IMG/VR virus record: IMGVR_UViG_3300020599_000008
Span: 1-59,499 of that record
Reading direction: 5' to 3' (one strand)
Length of the DNA stretch: 59,499 nucleotides
Origin: a virus
Taxonomy: Duplodnaviria; Caudoviricetes
Positions within the stretch are counted from its first letter, which is position 1. Every line of letters starts with the position of its first letter. Below are positions 36,025 to 45,326 of this stretch, piece after piece. Both the position numbers and the translations under genes were made by a program. The notes under the pieces are model-generated. The model was not told the DNA's origin, did not search any database, and saw only the letters and a list, made by a program, of their open reading frames with translations.

Positions 36025-36450
36025 TCATACGTCCTCAGGATCGACGTAGCGCGTGCCCCGGAGGGTCCAGCCCACGACATTCAGCCGCGCCTCAGCGAGC
36101 TGCCGGCCCCAGTAGACTCCGTACATCCAGTGATGCCCGCCGTTGATCAGCAGGTCCATGTCGACCTTGTCGTAATCCGGTCGCCCCATCTCGTTGTGCA
36201 CGCGGAGGAATTCGTCCTGCGCCTGATCCTGGATGCGCCGCGCTTCAGCCCACGGGATCCCAGCCTCGACCGCCATTTCGAGCGTGTCCATACTGGCACG
36301 CGCCGCCGCGTCTCGCAGTTGCCGCGTCAGTGACGGATCATCGCTGCCGTAGCGCGATTGCGACTCGCGCCACGCCCAGAGGCCCGCGTAATGTCGCAGG
36401 TACTCGACAATCGTCTGCTCAGCTCGTGATCGTTGCTGCGCTGCTGTCAT
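36025..36450 (-). CDS. hypothetical protein
   Basis: Coupled operon ORF. Confidence 0.65.
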   Translation of the reverse strand: MTAAQQRSRAEQTIVEYLRHYAGLWAWRESQSRYGSDDPSLTRQLRDAAARASMDTLEMAVEAGIPWAEARRIQDQAQDEFLRVHNEMGRPDYDKVDMDLLINGGHHWMYGVYWGRQLAEARLNVVGWTLRGTRYVDPEDV

Positions 36451-36629
36451 TGCCCATGCCCTTCACTGTTTATGCACCAGACCCGCGCGATCATGACGCC
36501 GAATACCGTCGCTATGATCACGACCCCCCAACCTCCGGGATCGATCAGCGCCCCCAGAGCCCCGACGCCCGCACACGCGAGCAGGACGCCCACGAACCCG
36601 AGGTGCTGCCTCACGTCGCGCCAGATCAT
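36447..36629 (-). CDS. small membrane protein
   Basis: Two TM helices; ATGA overlaps. Confidence 0.65.
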   Translation of the reverse strand: MIWRDVRQHLGFVGVLLACAGVGALGALIDPGGWGVVIIATVFGVMIARVWCINSEGHGQ

Positions 36630-37003
36630 GCGCGACGCCGTACCCGTCGCTGCTTGCGTGCGCGTTGGCGAGCGTACCGCGCCTCGAATCTCGCGACAGC
36701 AGCGATTCGGTCGACCTCAGCCTGCGCAGTGTCCATAAACCCCAATGGGAACAGCGGCACCCACGATAGACAGTGCTGCATCGCCTTCGACACCTCGGCT
36801 ATGGCGTCGGCCATAGCCCTGCAGTACTCCAGCGCCTGTATCTCCCAGCCGTCCGGCAGCGCCCGGAGCATGCCGGGAATCTCGGACAACGATGGCTGGA
36901 TGCCGCGCTCTTCATACTGCCGGTACCGTGGGCTCGCAACCGTCACTCGTTCGTCCTCCAGTTCCACACGGACTCGCGGCCCGTCACGCTCTCCAGATAG
37001 CAT
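36626..37003 (-). CDS. hypothetical protein
   Basis: GGAGG SD inside the ligase 3' end. Confidence 0.6.
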   Translation of the reverse strand: MLSGERDGPRVRVELEDERVTVASPRYRQYEERGIQPSLSEIPGMLRALPDGWEIQALEYCRAMADAIAEVSKAMQHCLSWVPLFPLGFMDTAQAEVDRIAAVARFEARYARQRARKQRRVRRRA

Positions 37004-37701
37004 CCGTCCTCCTTGTCGTGCCGCACGAATTTGACCAGGAAATCGACCTCGCCCTGACGCTCGACACGCCACACCGCACCCTCGACCGGCTCCAGCGCCC
37101 CGTAACCCCCGTAGGTGCCATTCGTGCGCTGATTCGCGCACCACGCTGCCGCATGATCGACGCTCGTGGGATTCGTGGCAATGAGCGGCGGGGTCGCGAA
37201 CTTGAACGCGAACCCCAGGCGGTCCCTGTTGCGCCGCAAAGCCATGTCCTCCAGGGTCATGCGCTCCGCCCCGACCATAATGTCGAACAGCACGAACGGC
37301 TCCCGGTTTGCCAGATCGTAGCGGGTGCCATGAGCTTGGGCGAGCCATTCCCCGACCGCGCGCTCGCCCTCGTCCAGCAGTGCATCGAACCGCTGGTAGT
37401 TCAGTGGTTCCCGGACCCACTGGTCCCAGAGGATGTGCTGGTAGTACCGCGACTGGATGGCCCGATATCCCGCGCGGATCAGCGGGATGATCTCGCCGCC
37501 CACTTTCGCGACCGCGACGCACGAGCCGTCGAGCTTTTCCTGCACGTAGACCTGATCGTGCTGGTCACGCACGCGCTCAGTCGCGATTCGGGCCTGCCCT
37601 GGATGGCATGAGCGATCCGCTGGCCCGAGCCGACTGCCGGGCAAGTGCGGAATCGACCCGTACGCCTTGATCCCCAGGGGCTTGCGATTCTGTACCGTCA
37701 T
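36943..37701 (-). CDS. ATP-dependent RNA ligase family protein
   Basis: YGSIPHLPGS, QEKLDGS (motif I), GEW, LFDI, EGAVWR, KFVR. Confidence 0.85.
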   Translation of the reverse strand: MTVQNRKPLGIKAYGSIPHLPGSRLGPADRSCHPGQARIATERVRDQHDQVYVQEKLDGSCVAVAKVGGEIIPLIRAGYRAIQSRYYQHILWDQWVREPLNYQRFDALLDEGERAVGEWLAQAHGTRYDLANREPFVLFDIMVGAERMTLEDMALRRNRDRLGFAFKFATPPLIATNPTSVDHAAAWCANQRTNGTYGGYGALEPVEGAVWRVERQGEVDFLVKFVRHDKEDGCYLESVTGRESVWNWRTNE

Positions 37702-38258
37702 GACGTCACCATGCTCTCATGCTCTACCGTTCGGCCCGGTGGTGCCCCCGCGGCTTCGCCGTAGTAGGCCGCGGCCAACTCGACCCGCAGGCCCTCGATA
37801 GTCCGACTCATGCGTCGATGAATCCCCCGGACGTCATCCTCGGGCCCCCGCGCAATCGTCGTCTCGTCGCCTCCGGGCAGCCTGATGACCAGCACGTAAT
37901 CGGGGCCATCGGGAGGCGGTGGCGAAGGCGGCGGCGGAGCCACGTCATCAACCTGCAGACGATCCATCCGGCCCTTACACGACGATGATGTGCGGTTGAG
38001 CGCCAGCGCGACGTTGGTCCACGTCACCCCCGCGGCCCGCAGGCTCAGGAGTTTGGCGTCCTCGTCCTCGGTCCAGTCCCGTCGATAGACCGATACAGCA
38101 CGCCGGCGGTTGCGGTTGGCCCGCTGCTGGACCGACGCGATAGACCGCTCCATCGCGTCGCTGATCTCGGCCCACGAAGCCCCCTGGCCCAACAGGTCCT
38201 GCAGCTCGGCGTCTTCCTCGGGGCTCCACGATCGCGCCCGGTAGCGGTCCTGAATCAC
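37698..38258 (-). CDS. tandem Myb/SANT-like repeat protein
   Basis: WSPEEDAEL...WAEIS..M.RS and WTEDEDAKL...WTNVA..LNRT..SCKGR. Confidence 0.75.
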   Translation of the reverse strand: MIQDRYRARSWSPEEDAELQDLLGQGASWAEISDAMERSIASVQQRANRNRRRAVSVYRRDWTEDEDAKLLSLRAAGVTWTNVALALNRTSSSCKGRMDRLQVDDVAPPPPSPPPPDGPDYVLVIRLPGGDETTIARGPEDDVRGIHRRMSRTIEGLRVELAAAYYGEAAGAPPGRTVEHESMVTS

Positions 38259-38755
38259 TCGTCGCCCTTCCGGTACCGGACGTTGTAGTCCTGATCGATG
38301 TAGATCTCGCCGCGCTCCTGCAACCTCTTGAACGCCACGCGGCAATGCTCGTCCAACCGCGGCTTCTGGCCCTCGCGCTTCCAGCGGCGCGACGCGATCA
38401 GCACCGCGAGGAAACTGCCGCCCGGCCCCTCGGTCACGACCTCGCGGATCGCATTCTCGGCGTCGATAATTGCGGCCGCACGCTCCCGTTCCCGGTGTCC
38501 CATGTCCTCGTCCCAATCGTTGTTCTGGTGCCACTTGGCCGATGCCACGCCGAAGTGCGCGACTGCCAGTCGCTCACGTTCGCCCTTGACCGACGCGTCG
38601 CTCGTGTAGGACCGCAGTGCATCGTTGAACGCGATCCTGGTCGAGCCGTCGGGCCAGCGGTTTTGAATGAACCAGTCGGCCATGTTCCACAGGTACATCT
38701 CGCCCTTGACGAACGCCCCGATCACCCCGCGCTCCTCAGGATCAATCACGCTCAT
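38255..38755 (-). CDS. hypothetical protein
   Basis: Coupled operon ORF. Confidence 0.65.
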   Translation of the reverse strand: MSVIDPEERGVIGAFVKGEMYLWNMADWFIQNRWPDGSTRIAFNDALRSYTSDASVKGERERLAVAHFGVASAKWHQNNDWDEDMGHRERERAAAIIDAENAIREVVTEGPGGSFLAVLIASRRWKREGQKPRLDEHCRVAFKRLQERGEIYIDQDYNVRYRKGDE

Positions 38756-39252
38756 GCGATCTTGACTTCCTCCGGCTGCCCCAGCGCCTTGACGGCCAGC
38801 GCACGCGGGCGCTCACCCCCGTGGTCCGCGATCCACATGAACGCGAGGGTGAGTTGCGCGACCGCGCGTTCCTCGTGGAATATCCACTCGCCCCACGGTC
38901 GCGAATCCTCTTTCCATCCAGCGGGCCGGAGCTCCGCGACCAGCACGTGACAGAGTTCGTGGACGATGATGCGCTCAAGGTGTCGCAGCCGCTGCTCCGG
39001 CGTCGTGCCGTACTCGTCGAGCGTTTCCGCGATTGACGGCAGGTAGTATCGGATTGTGAACATGAGACGGTCGGCCTCGGCGTGGACATCGGCTTCTGTT
39101 CGGGTGTTCTCGTCCTCGTCGCGGCATCGCTCACGTTCGTAGCGCAGCACCCACTCCCAATGACTCAGCCCGAGCCACTCGATCCACCAGTTGGTGTGCT
39201 CAAGGATCTCGTCCTTGAGCACCGCGAACTCTGCGTCATTCACGGGCATCAT
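38752..39252 (-). CDS. HExxH metallopeptidase-like protein
   Basis: IIVHELCHV...EE. Confidence 0.65.
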   Translation of the reverse strand: MMPVNDAEFAVLKDEILEHTNWWIEWLGLSHWEWVLRYERERCRDEDENTRTEADVHAEADRLMFTIRYYLPSIAETLDEYGTTPEQRLRHLERIIVHELCHVLVAELRPAGWKEDSRPWGEWIFHEERAVAQLTLAFMWIADHGGERPRALAVKALGQPEEVKIA

Positions 39253-39607
39253 CCTGAACCGTTGGCGCTTCGCAGCGCTCGAACTGATGTTCGTGGCACC
39301 GCTGGCATGTGCGCGAGTGCCACCATTCGCCACCACCGGCCTCGTAGGGCTCGCGCCAATCGCCCCAGTCGTGCCCTGGCTGCCCGTGGTACTGGCCGAT
39401 CCGGTAGCACAGACTGCTCAGATCAACGTAGTCCGCCCCACTGCGCTTCATCATCTGCTCGACGTCGCTGGCGATCTCATCCAGCAGCACCACATCCCCG
39501 CTCTCGAACGTCAGCGGGACGGACTTGCCGGCCACCAGCCCCGCGATGTTGATGCGCCGCAAGGCTTCATAGACTCGCGCTTTCGGCGTCTTCTCGCTCA
39601 TGTCCAT
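39236..39607 (-). CDS. hypothetical protein
   Basis: C-terminal C/H motif; GAAAGGA SD. Confidence 0.6.
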   Translation of the reverse strand: MDMSEKTPKARVYEALRRINIAGLVAGKSVPLTFESGDVVLLDEIASDVEQMMKRSGADYVDLSSLCYRIGQYHGQPGHDWGDWREPYEAGGGEWWHSRTCQRCHEHQFERCEAPTVQDDARE

Positions 39608-39864
39608 CCTTTCAGCCCGCAGCGGTGAATGATGTCCTCAATCTGTTGCTCGATCTGTAGCTCGCGCGCCCGTGTTAGTCCGCTCTTCTGCCCCACATAG
39701 ACGGCGAAGACTTCGGTATCAGTTGGGACATGGAAGAACGCGGCGTACTTGTCGATCGCGTCTTCGACGTCCTCAGCCTCAACGTTTACCGGGCACCTGA
39801 CCGCGCGCTCGTGCGTGCAGAACACGCGATACACCGCTAGGCTCATCCATGCCTCCCGCCTCAT
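39598..39864 (-). CDS. hypothetical protein
   Basis: In-operon ORF; start uncertain. Confidence 0.55.
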   Translation of the reverse strand: MRREAWMSLAVYRVFCTHERAVRCPVNVEAEDVEDAIDKYAAFFHVPTDTEVFAVYVGQKSGLTRARELQIEQQIEDIIHRCGLKGWT

Positions 39865-39920
39865 CTCAGGGACGAGGGCAGCGTCGCTACGACGCTGCCC
39901 TGCTGTTCATCAGGGGATCG

Positions 39921-40256
39921 CTACCTGCCGCGCTGTCCGCGTGGTGCAGGTTTCCACGGCCCAGCCGGTCCAGTCGGCATGTCCTCAGCCGCGACGTAGT
40001 GGCCGTTGCCCCGCGAGTCCGAGAGCCAGTACGCCACGGTGCGGTACTCGTACGTGATGTCCCCGACGGTCGAGCTCTCGCAGACCGTGGTCTTGGTGAC
40101 CTCGATCTTGTTGCGTGTCACGTCGTCGGTGAATTGCCTCACCTCGACGCCCGCGACACACCACGGCTCCGGCGGATTGTCGGCAGCCATGGCCGGGATC
40201 GCGAACGTCCCGAGCATCAGGACCGCGGCAATCAGGGAAATGAGATATCGTCGCAT
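39921..40256 (-). CDS. secreted / signal-peptide protein
   Basis: MRRYLISLIAAVLMLGTFAIPAMA signal; GGAGG SD. Confidence 0.7.
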   Translation of the reverse strand: MRRYLISLIAAVLMLGTFAIPAMAADNPPEPWCVAGVEVRQFTDDVTRNKIEVTKTTVCESSTVGDITYEYRTVAYWLSDSRGNGHYVAAEDMPTGPAGPWKPAPRGQRGR

Positions 40257-40305
40257 CTCGCAGGTTCCTCCATTGATCAGACGTCCATCAGGGCCGCGCG
40301 TGTCC

Positions 40306-40740
40306 TTACTCCGGCCTCACCCCCTTTCTGGCTTCAAGGCGCTCGCGCTCCCACGGCGCGATCCATTCGCCCTCACACGCGATCAGCGTGTACGGCTCCG
40401 CGCCGTCCTCATCCTCGTAGACCTCGCGGTAGAACTGATCGGCCCCATATCCGTCGTCCGCAGTCGTCACCTGCATCCATGTGTGACGCGGCATCGTCAG
40501 TCCGTCCCATTCACCCTCGGACCATTCGACAACCACCGCGCCCAGCATCATGAGCATCTCGGATACAGACAAGTGCCCCGGTACGACGTAGCAGCCCGGT
40601 TCACCTACGGCGATGATCGCGGCGGATATGTCACGCTCTGGCTCGGGGATGCGACCGCTGCCGTTGCATTCCGGGCACGCCTGCCCCCCGAACAGGCTCC
40701 CCGAGCCATAGCAATCAGGACACGAGAAGACGACGCTCAT
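40306..40740 (-). CDS. DnaJ-type Zn-finger protein
   Basis: CPDCYGSG...CPECNGSG. Confidence 0.7.
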   Translation of the reverse strand: MSVVFSCPDCYGSGSLFGGQACPECNGSGRIPEPERDISAAIIAVGEPGCYVVPGHLSVSEMLMMLGAVVVEWSEGEWDGLTMPRHTWMQVTTADDGYGADQFYREVYEDEDGAEPYTLIACEGEWIAPWERERLEARKGVRPE

Positions 40741-41258
40741 CCGTCACTCCGTTCCAGCCCTACAAGCCGCCGCGCCACCCTGTACGGGCAGTCGCGCGTG
40801 TGCGGGACGTGCTGCCATGTGCCGTGCATCCGGCAGTCGATGCAGATCACGGATTTCGGGTCGTTGGGGTCCAGCGGGCGCAGCGGCTCGTTTATCTCCG
40901 CGGCCTTGCACCCGATCACGTAGGCGATGTCCCGCGACTCCGCGACCGTGATCTCGATCGGGCCCGCGAACCACGGGCCGTGATCCTGCATCCGGGCAAA
41001 CGGGCGCTTCATCTGCTCGCACACCAGGGAGATGCGATACCAGAATTCCGGGTTCATCCCGAACGCCCGGCCCAACGCGTCAGCCTGCTCGCGCGTGATG
41101 CCGTGGCGTTGAATCAGCAGTAGTTGGAACTCTTCGACTGGCAGCCCGGACGCCTCAGCGAGGTCCTCCAGTGCCCAACCGCGCGCGTCTAGTTCTTCCT
41201 GGATATACGACCCGACAGTGAATACCTCGGCGAGGATGCTGCCCGTTCTAGGACTCAT
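40737..41258 (-). CDS. HigA-like XRE HTH protein
   Basis: GSYIQEELDARGW..EDLAE...ITREQADALGRAFG..PEFW. Confidence 0.75.
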   Translation of the reverse strand: MSPRTGSILAEVFTVGSYIQEELDARGWALEDLAEASGLPVEEFQLLLIQRHGITREQADALGRAFGMNPEFWYRISLVCEQMKRPFARMQDHGPWFAGPIEITVAESRDIAYVIGCKAAEINEPLRPLDPNDPKSVICIDCRMHGTWQHVPHTRDCPYRVARRLVGLERSDG

Positions 41259-41547
41259 TCCGCACCGCCCAGACTAGTTCCAGCGCCGCGAGAGCGACAC
41301 GGGCGCGTTCGCCGTAATCTGCCATCCAGGCATACATCGGCAATCCCGGCCCTTGATGCAGCGACACTTTCTCTCCCGCTGCACTCGATTCATCGTCGTA
41401 GTTGCTCTTGTCCGCGTACCAGCGCAGCGTGCCGATCATCAGGCGAATGAGATGCGGTTCAGTCATGAACCCGCGGGCGCGGGATTCCTCCGCGAGCTCA
41501 AGGCGCTTGATCAGGGATAGTTCGGCGTCTCGGTGCCATTGGCTCAT
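41248..41547 (-). CDS. hypothetical protein
   Basis: LRWYADKSNY...DYGERAR.AL phage motif. Confidence 0.65.
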   Translation of the reverse strand: MSQWHRDAELSLIKRLELAEESRARGFMTEPHLIRLMIGTLRWYADKSNYDDESSAAGEKVSLHQGPGLPMYAWMADYGERARVALAALELVWAVRNES

Positions 41548-42302
41548 GACTGCCACCCCCGCGCATCCACGATCAACATGACGGTCCGGACCCCGGTGCC
41601 CGAGGGCTTGAACGCGCCGTCCGGCAGGTCCAGGAACGTGCCGCCCATTTTGTCGATGAAGTCGCGGAACTCCACGGTGTTGCGATTCGAGCGGAATCGC
41701 ACGCTGGCCGACATGATTGAGACCAGTCGCCCGCCGCGCTTCAGGAACCGCAGCGCGTGCTCCACGTGCGCAATGTCCTGCTGCCGTGCAAACGGCGGGT
41801 TCATGACCACGCGGTCGAACAGACTCGGGTACCGGCTCGTGAGGAAGTCGTCGGGGGTTGTCGGGAAACCCTGACCTATCAGCTCCACCGCCCGGCCCGC
41901 GTGGATCTCTTGGCACACGACCACGCCGCCCGCGTCGCGTGCTGGCCGCGCCAGAGCCCCGAGCCCCGCCGACGGTTCCAGTACGGTCATCCCGGGCTCA
42001 ATCTGCGCGGCCTCGATCACCATGTTGGCGATGTTCGCCGGCGTCTCGAACCACCCGAGGTCATCGGGCCGGTCATACGTCCCGGTCAGCACCACGGCGT
42101 CGAGCGCGTCGCTCGGGTCCGCGTCGAACATGTGGCCCCGGGCGCGGCGATTCCACCGACCCCCCAGAGCCGTCAGAACCTTGTTGACCGCCTCGTAGAG
42201 CGGGCGGTCGAGCTGTCGATCCGGCAGATACAGGGTCGTGTCCTCGACCCGACAGTCCGCCAGAACATCGAGGGTTTCGTTGCTGATCGCTACCATGCGC
42301 AT
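41544..42302 (-). CDS. SAM-dependent methyltransferase (NPPF; probable adenine MTase)
   Basis: FETP, VLEPSAGLG, DFL, VVMNPPF, LKRGGRLV. Confidence 0.88.
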   Translation of the reverse strand: MRMVAISNETLDVLADCRVEDTTLYLPDRQLDRPLYEAVNKVLTALGGRWNRRARGHMFDADPSDALDAVVLTGTYDRPDDLGWFETPANIANMVIEAAQIEPGMTVLEPSAGLGALARPARDAGGVVVCQEIHAGRAVELIGQGFPTTPDDFLTSRYPSLFDRVVMNPPFARQQDIAHVEHALRFLKRGGRLVSIMSASVRFRSNRNTVEFRDFIDKMGGTFLDLPDGAFKPSGTGVRTVMLIVDARGWQS

Positions 42303-42307
42303 GTCCT

Positions 42308-42568
42308 CTACTTGAGCTTGCGGTGCAGGTCCGCGAGCGTGCAGTTACGGCAGATGACCGCCCACGCCGTTCTGTAGCGGGGCTCAGGATCAAGGGCTGG
42401 TCGCGTGACCAGCATGGACTCGAAGTACTGGAGCGACGCATCATTCCTGACCCACGAGTCGCCCCACTCATCACCACAGACCGGGCAGTACACCGAGACC
42501 TGAATCCCTCGCCCCACGTGATCGATCATGTGGAAACTGGCAACCGGGCCGTCGTCCTCCGCGCTCAT
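42308..42568 (-). CDS. Zn-finger protein
   Basis: CPVC...CRNC. Confidence 0.6.
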   Translation of the reverse strand: MSAEDDGPVASFHMIDHVGRGIQVSVYCPVCGDEWGDSWVRNDASLQYFESMLVTRPALDPEPRYRTAWAVICRNCTLADLHRKLK

Positions 42569-42735
42569 CGCCATGGCTTCCGTTCCAGCAGCGTCGCGGC
42601 CTTCCACATCCACCCGAGCCAGACGCCCGCGACAAGCCCCAGCACGGCCCCCAGGACCCCGGCCTCGATCATGTAGACCATGAACAACGTGCCGTTGCGC
42701 GGGATGAACGCGGATCGAACAGATCGCCGTGTCAT
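42565..42735 (-). CDS. small membrane protein
   Basis: One TM helix; coupled. Confidence 0.55.
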   Translation of the reverse strand: MTRRSVRSAFIPRNGTLFMVYMIEAGVLGAVLGLVAGVWLGWMWKAATLLERKPWR

Positions 42736-42751
42736 CGGAGTACCGCCCTTC

Positions 42752-43381
42752 TCAGAACATCCCGAGTGACCGTTGCGCCCTGATGCGCTGGTGCCACTCC
42801 TCAACCAGTCGTGTGCATTTCTCGGGGTGGAACGCGATGAACGTCCCGTCGGCGGTGTCGTAGCCACTGACCGCAGCGGCTCGAAAACGAATCCACGAGT
42901 TGACCCGGCCCATGTGCAGGTGTTTGCCCCGTCGTTTTGCCTCGGAGGCCAGCCGGTACGCGGCCTCACTGAGCTTCCATTCAGTGCTGCCGCCCGTGAA
43001 CCACGCATCGAACTCATCCCACGGGACCTCGATGTCTTCCTGGCCGTCCTGCCCGACGAACGCCGCGGGCAGGCCCATGTCCCTGATAGCTCGGAGCCAT
43101 GGCCGTGACCGCTCAATCGTCGCCGCGGCATCGGCTACAACGTCCGGCGCGACCGCGAACAAGCACTTGTGGCGTTGCGGCAGGAACCGATTGAGCCACC
43201 GGAGCCAATGGTCCGAGTCGAACGAATCGCCCGCGGCGAAGCACCCGTTGTCCAGCGCGTAGGCCGAGTATCGTGAAACCCGCTCGACCGAGTAGCCGGA
43301 CCCCGGGTTCAGCATCAGGCCGCAGCCAGCCCGAATCAGCCGTGCCTCATAGCCGTCGTTCGTCGACCCCGTCAGGTACAT
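42752..43381 (-). CDS. DpdA/TGT-like transglycosylase-fold protein
   Basis: ALDNGCF, PDVVAD, VGQDG, GGSTEWK, HMGRVNS, DTADGT. Confidence 0.65.
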   Translation of the reverse strand: MYLTGSTNDGYEARLIRAGCGLMLNPGSGYSVERVSRYSAYALDNGCFAAGDSFDSDHWLRWLNRFLPQRHKCLFAVAPDVVADAAATIERSRPWLRAIRDMGLPAAFVGQDGQEDIEVPWDEFDAWFTGGSTEWKLSEAAYRLASEAKRRGKHLHMGRVNSWIRFRAAAVSGYDTADGTFIAFHPEKCTRLVEEWHQRIRAQRSLGMF

Positions 43382-43977
43382 CACGACACCGGCAACTCGT
43401 TGAATCGCCGCATGATGATGCGGAGCATTGGCCACAAGCAGGCAGGGCAGGCAGGCGGGTGTGTGCCCGGCAGTCCTCCATGGCGCGTCCGACGTGGCAG
43501 GTTGGCATCCTGCCCACAGTGATGGCAGTGGTACGCATCGCCCGCGTCGTAATCGACGTCGGCCTGGAACGGATACGGCTCCCAGACAGCAGGCGTGTCG
43601 AGCATCATCGGGAGCTGCCCCACGAGCTCGCGCTGGCCGCGCTGGATCAGTACCTCGTCGTCGGCATGACCGTTGCGGCCTTCCTCGTACCAGCGATCAC
43701 CCACGCGGAATACTCCGCCCACGCCCCACTCGCGGCGTCCGTCGGTGCCATGCAGTGAGACGGTCGGGTAGTCGCGGATCAACAGCACATCGCTATAGCC
43801 CGCGCGGTAGTCCCACAGGTGGGCTGTGCAGGGCTCGGGCTTGACACGCTCGATCTCACGCCAGACAGGGCGCGACTGGCACAGCCCGTCCACGATGTCC
43901 CACGCGATATGGCACATGAGATCGCCCGGTCGAATCCCGAGGGCTTCGGTGTAGGTCTCTGACATCGTGGCGCTCAT
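43381..43977 (-). CDS. hypothetical protein with C-terminal Zn finger
   Basis: CHHC...CPAC. Confidence 0.6.
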   Translation of the reverse strand: MSATMSETYTEALGIRPGDLMCHIAWDIVDGLCQSRPVWREIERVKPEPCTAHLWDYRAGYSDVLLIRDYPTVSLHGTDGRREWGVGGVFRVGDRWYEEGRNGHADDEVLIQRGQRELVGQLPMMLDTPAVWEPYPFQADVDYDAGDAYHCHHCGQDANLPRRTRHGGLPGTHPPACPACLWPMLRIIMRRFNELPVS

Positions 43978-44135
43978 CGGGCGGTCCAGATCAGGATCGC
44001 GACCGCCACCGAGGCCACGCCGGCGTGCCACGCGGACCAGCGCCGCTCGCCGCGCGATCCACATAGAACCGCCATCACGACGTTCATGAACAGCAGCACG
44101 GTCCAAGCGACGAACGTCAATCCGTCGTACGTCAT
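43974..44135 (-). CDS. small membrane protein (53 aa, not in ORF track)
   Basis: MTYDGLTFVAWTVLLFMNVVMAVL; ATGA overlaps on both sides. Confidence 0.55.
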   Translation of the reverse strand: MTYDGLTFVAWTVLLFMNVVMAVLCGSRGERRWSAWHAGVASVAVAILIWTAR

Positions 44136-44299
44136 CGGTCGTCCTCCATGACGCGCCGGATGGACGACTTGCGCCCGATCACAACCTCATGGACCGACGA
44201 ATACCGGGCACAGCGGCGACACCGCTGCATCACGGCTCCACGCCGCCATCCGGTCGTGTGCCACGAGTGCCAGCCGACGCGGCAGAGCAGGCGCTTCAT
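44132..44299 (-). CDS. DUF1660-like small phage protein
   Basis: MKRLLCRVGWHSW...CRRC. Confidence 0.65.
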   Translation of the reverse strand: MKRLLCRVGWHSWHTTGWRRGAVMQRCRRCARYSSVHEVVIGRKSSIRRVMEDDR

Positions 44300-44733
44300 C
44301 GCTGCACCTCTTCCAACGTGACGGGGTTTTCGAGGAATGCGATGCGCAGGGCCTTGCGCCACGCCGGGTACTTCGCGACCATCAGGTAGCACCATGGGCG
44401 TTCGTCATACGCGAGACCCATGATGTTGATCAGGACCCGCGGGATATCGTCGATCTCGACGTCCTCGACCATCATGATCAGCAGCGCAGTAAACTGCCCG
44501 AGGTGCACGCCCAACCGGGTATTGCGGCGGTTCCACCGGACCCTGATCGAACTCCGGCGACCGGCCTCCACGACCGCGTCGCGGCAGAGTCGCCAGCGCC
44601 TCGCGTCGAGCTCATAGGTGGGGCTGACCGGGAGCTTCTCGGACTTGTCGAGCCACTCCTCCAGCGTGATGCTGCCGTCGTCGTGGTGCCGCACCGTGAA
44701 GTGCCACGCGGCGTTCGCGTCCCTCTTGCTCAT
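44296..44733 (-). CDS. DUF3780-like protein
   Basis: LG....LL...VED....I.....N..GL..DER.W.Y.M....WRKALRIAF.ENP. Confidence 0.65.
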   Translation of the reverse strand: MSKRDANAAWHFTVRHHDDGSITLEEWLDKSEKLPVSPTYELDARRWRLCRDAVVEAGRRSSIRVRWNRRNTRLGVHLGQFTALLIMMVEDVEIDDIPRVLINIMGLAYDERPWCYLMVAKYPAWRKALRIAFLENPVTLEEVQR

Positions 44734-45326
44734 CCCTGCACCTCGGCTTCACCCGCGTTCGTGTGTCGCTCGAACATGGACTCTTCGAGCAATCCCTGCA
44801 TCCATTGCCACGTCTGCTGGCCGATCCGAACGTACTGCCCGTTATCGTCCTCGTGGATCAGGAACGTCTCGGTCCCGAGGTAGTCCACGACCGGACGCAG
44901 GCACTCGGGCTCGATGCGCGACAGGTGCCATCTCCGGTCCTGCTTGACGATCTCGGCGTGGCAGTCCTGCATAATCGCGTCGGTCACCGCGTAGGCGCTG
45001 GGGAACACCATGTAGCCGTCGCGGCGCTTCTCTGCGTACTCGCGGAACACCCGAAGGATCGCCACGGCCATGGTGTCGCGCAGACGTTCCAGCCGCGCCA
45101 TCGTGATCGGATCCGGCAGGTCCGCAACCGCGATCCAGCGCATCCGCCGCCCGGACTCTTCGGTCACGATCCACAGACCTTCGCGCGGCAGCGACTCGCG
45201 CTCTCGGTCCAGCGCCCGCAGCGCGTTGTCCCGCTCGTTGGTCAGTTGCGCGACCATGAGCGAGAGATCCGCGCACCGGTCGATCAACGCCTGCATCTCA
45301 TCGGTGGTATCGGGATAGTCGCTCAT
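44730..45326 (-). CDS. hypothetical protein
   Basis: Coupled operon ORF. Confidence 0.65.
   Translation of the reverse strand: MSDYPDTTDEMQALIDRCADLSLMVAQLTNERDNALRALDRERESLPREGLWIVTEESGRRMRWIAVADLPDPITMARLERLRDTMAVAILRVFREYAEKRRDGYMVFPSAYAVTDAIMQDCHAEIVKQDRRWHLSRIEPECLRPVVDYLGTETFLIHEDDNGQYVRIGQQTWQWMQGLLEESMFERHTNAGEAEVQG

Noticed and set aside
40737-41547. HigBA toxin-antitoxin pair
   Set aside because: The HigA-like HTH has no recognisable HigB/RelE neighbour
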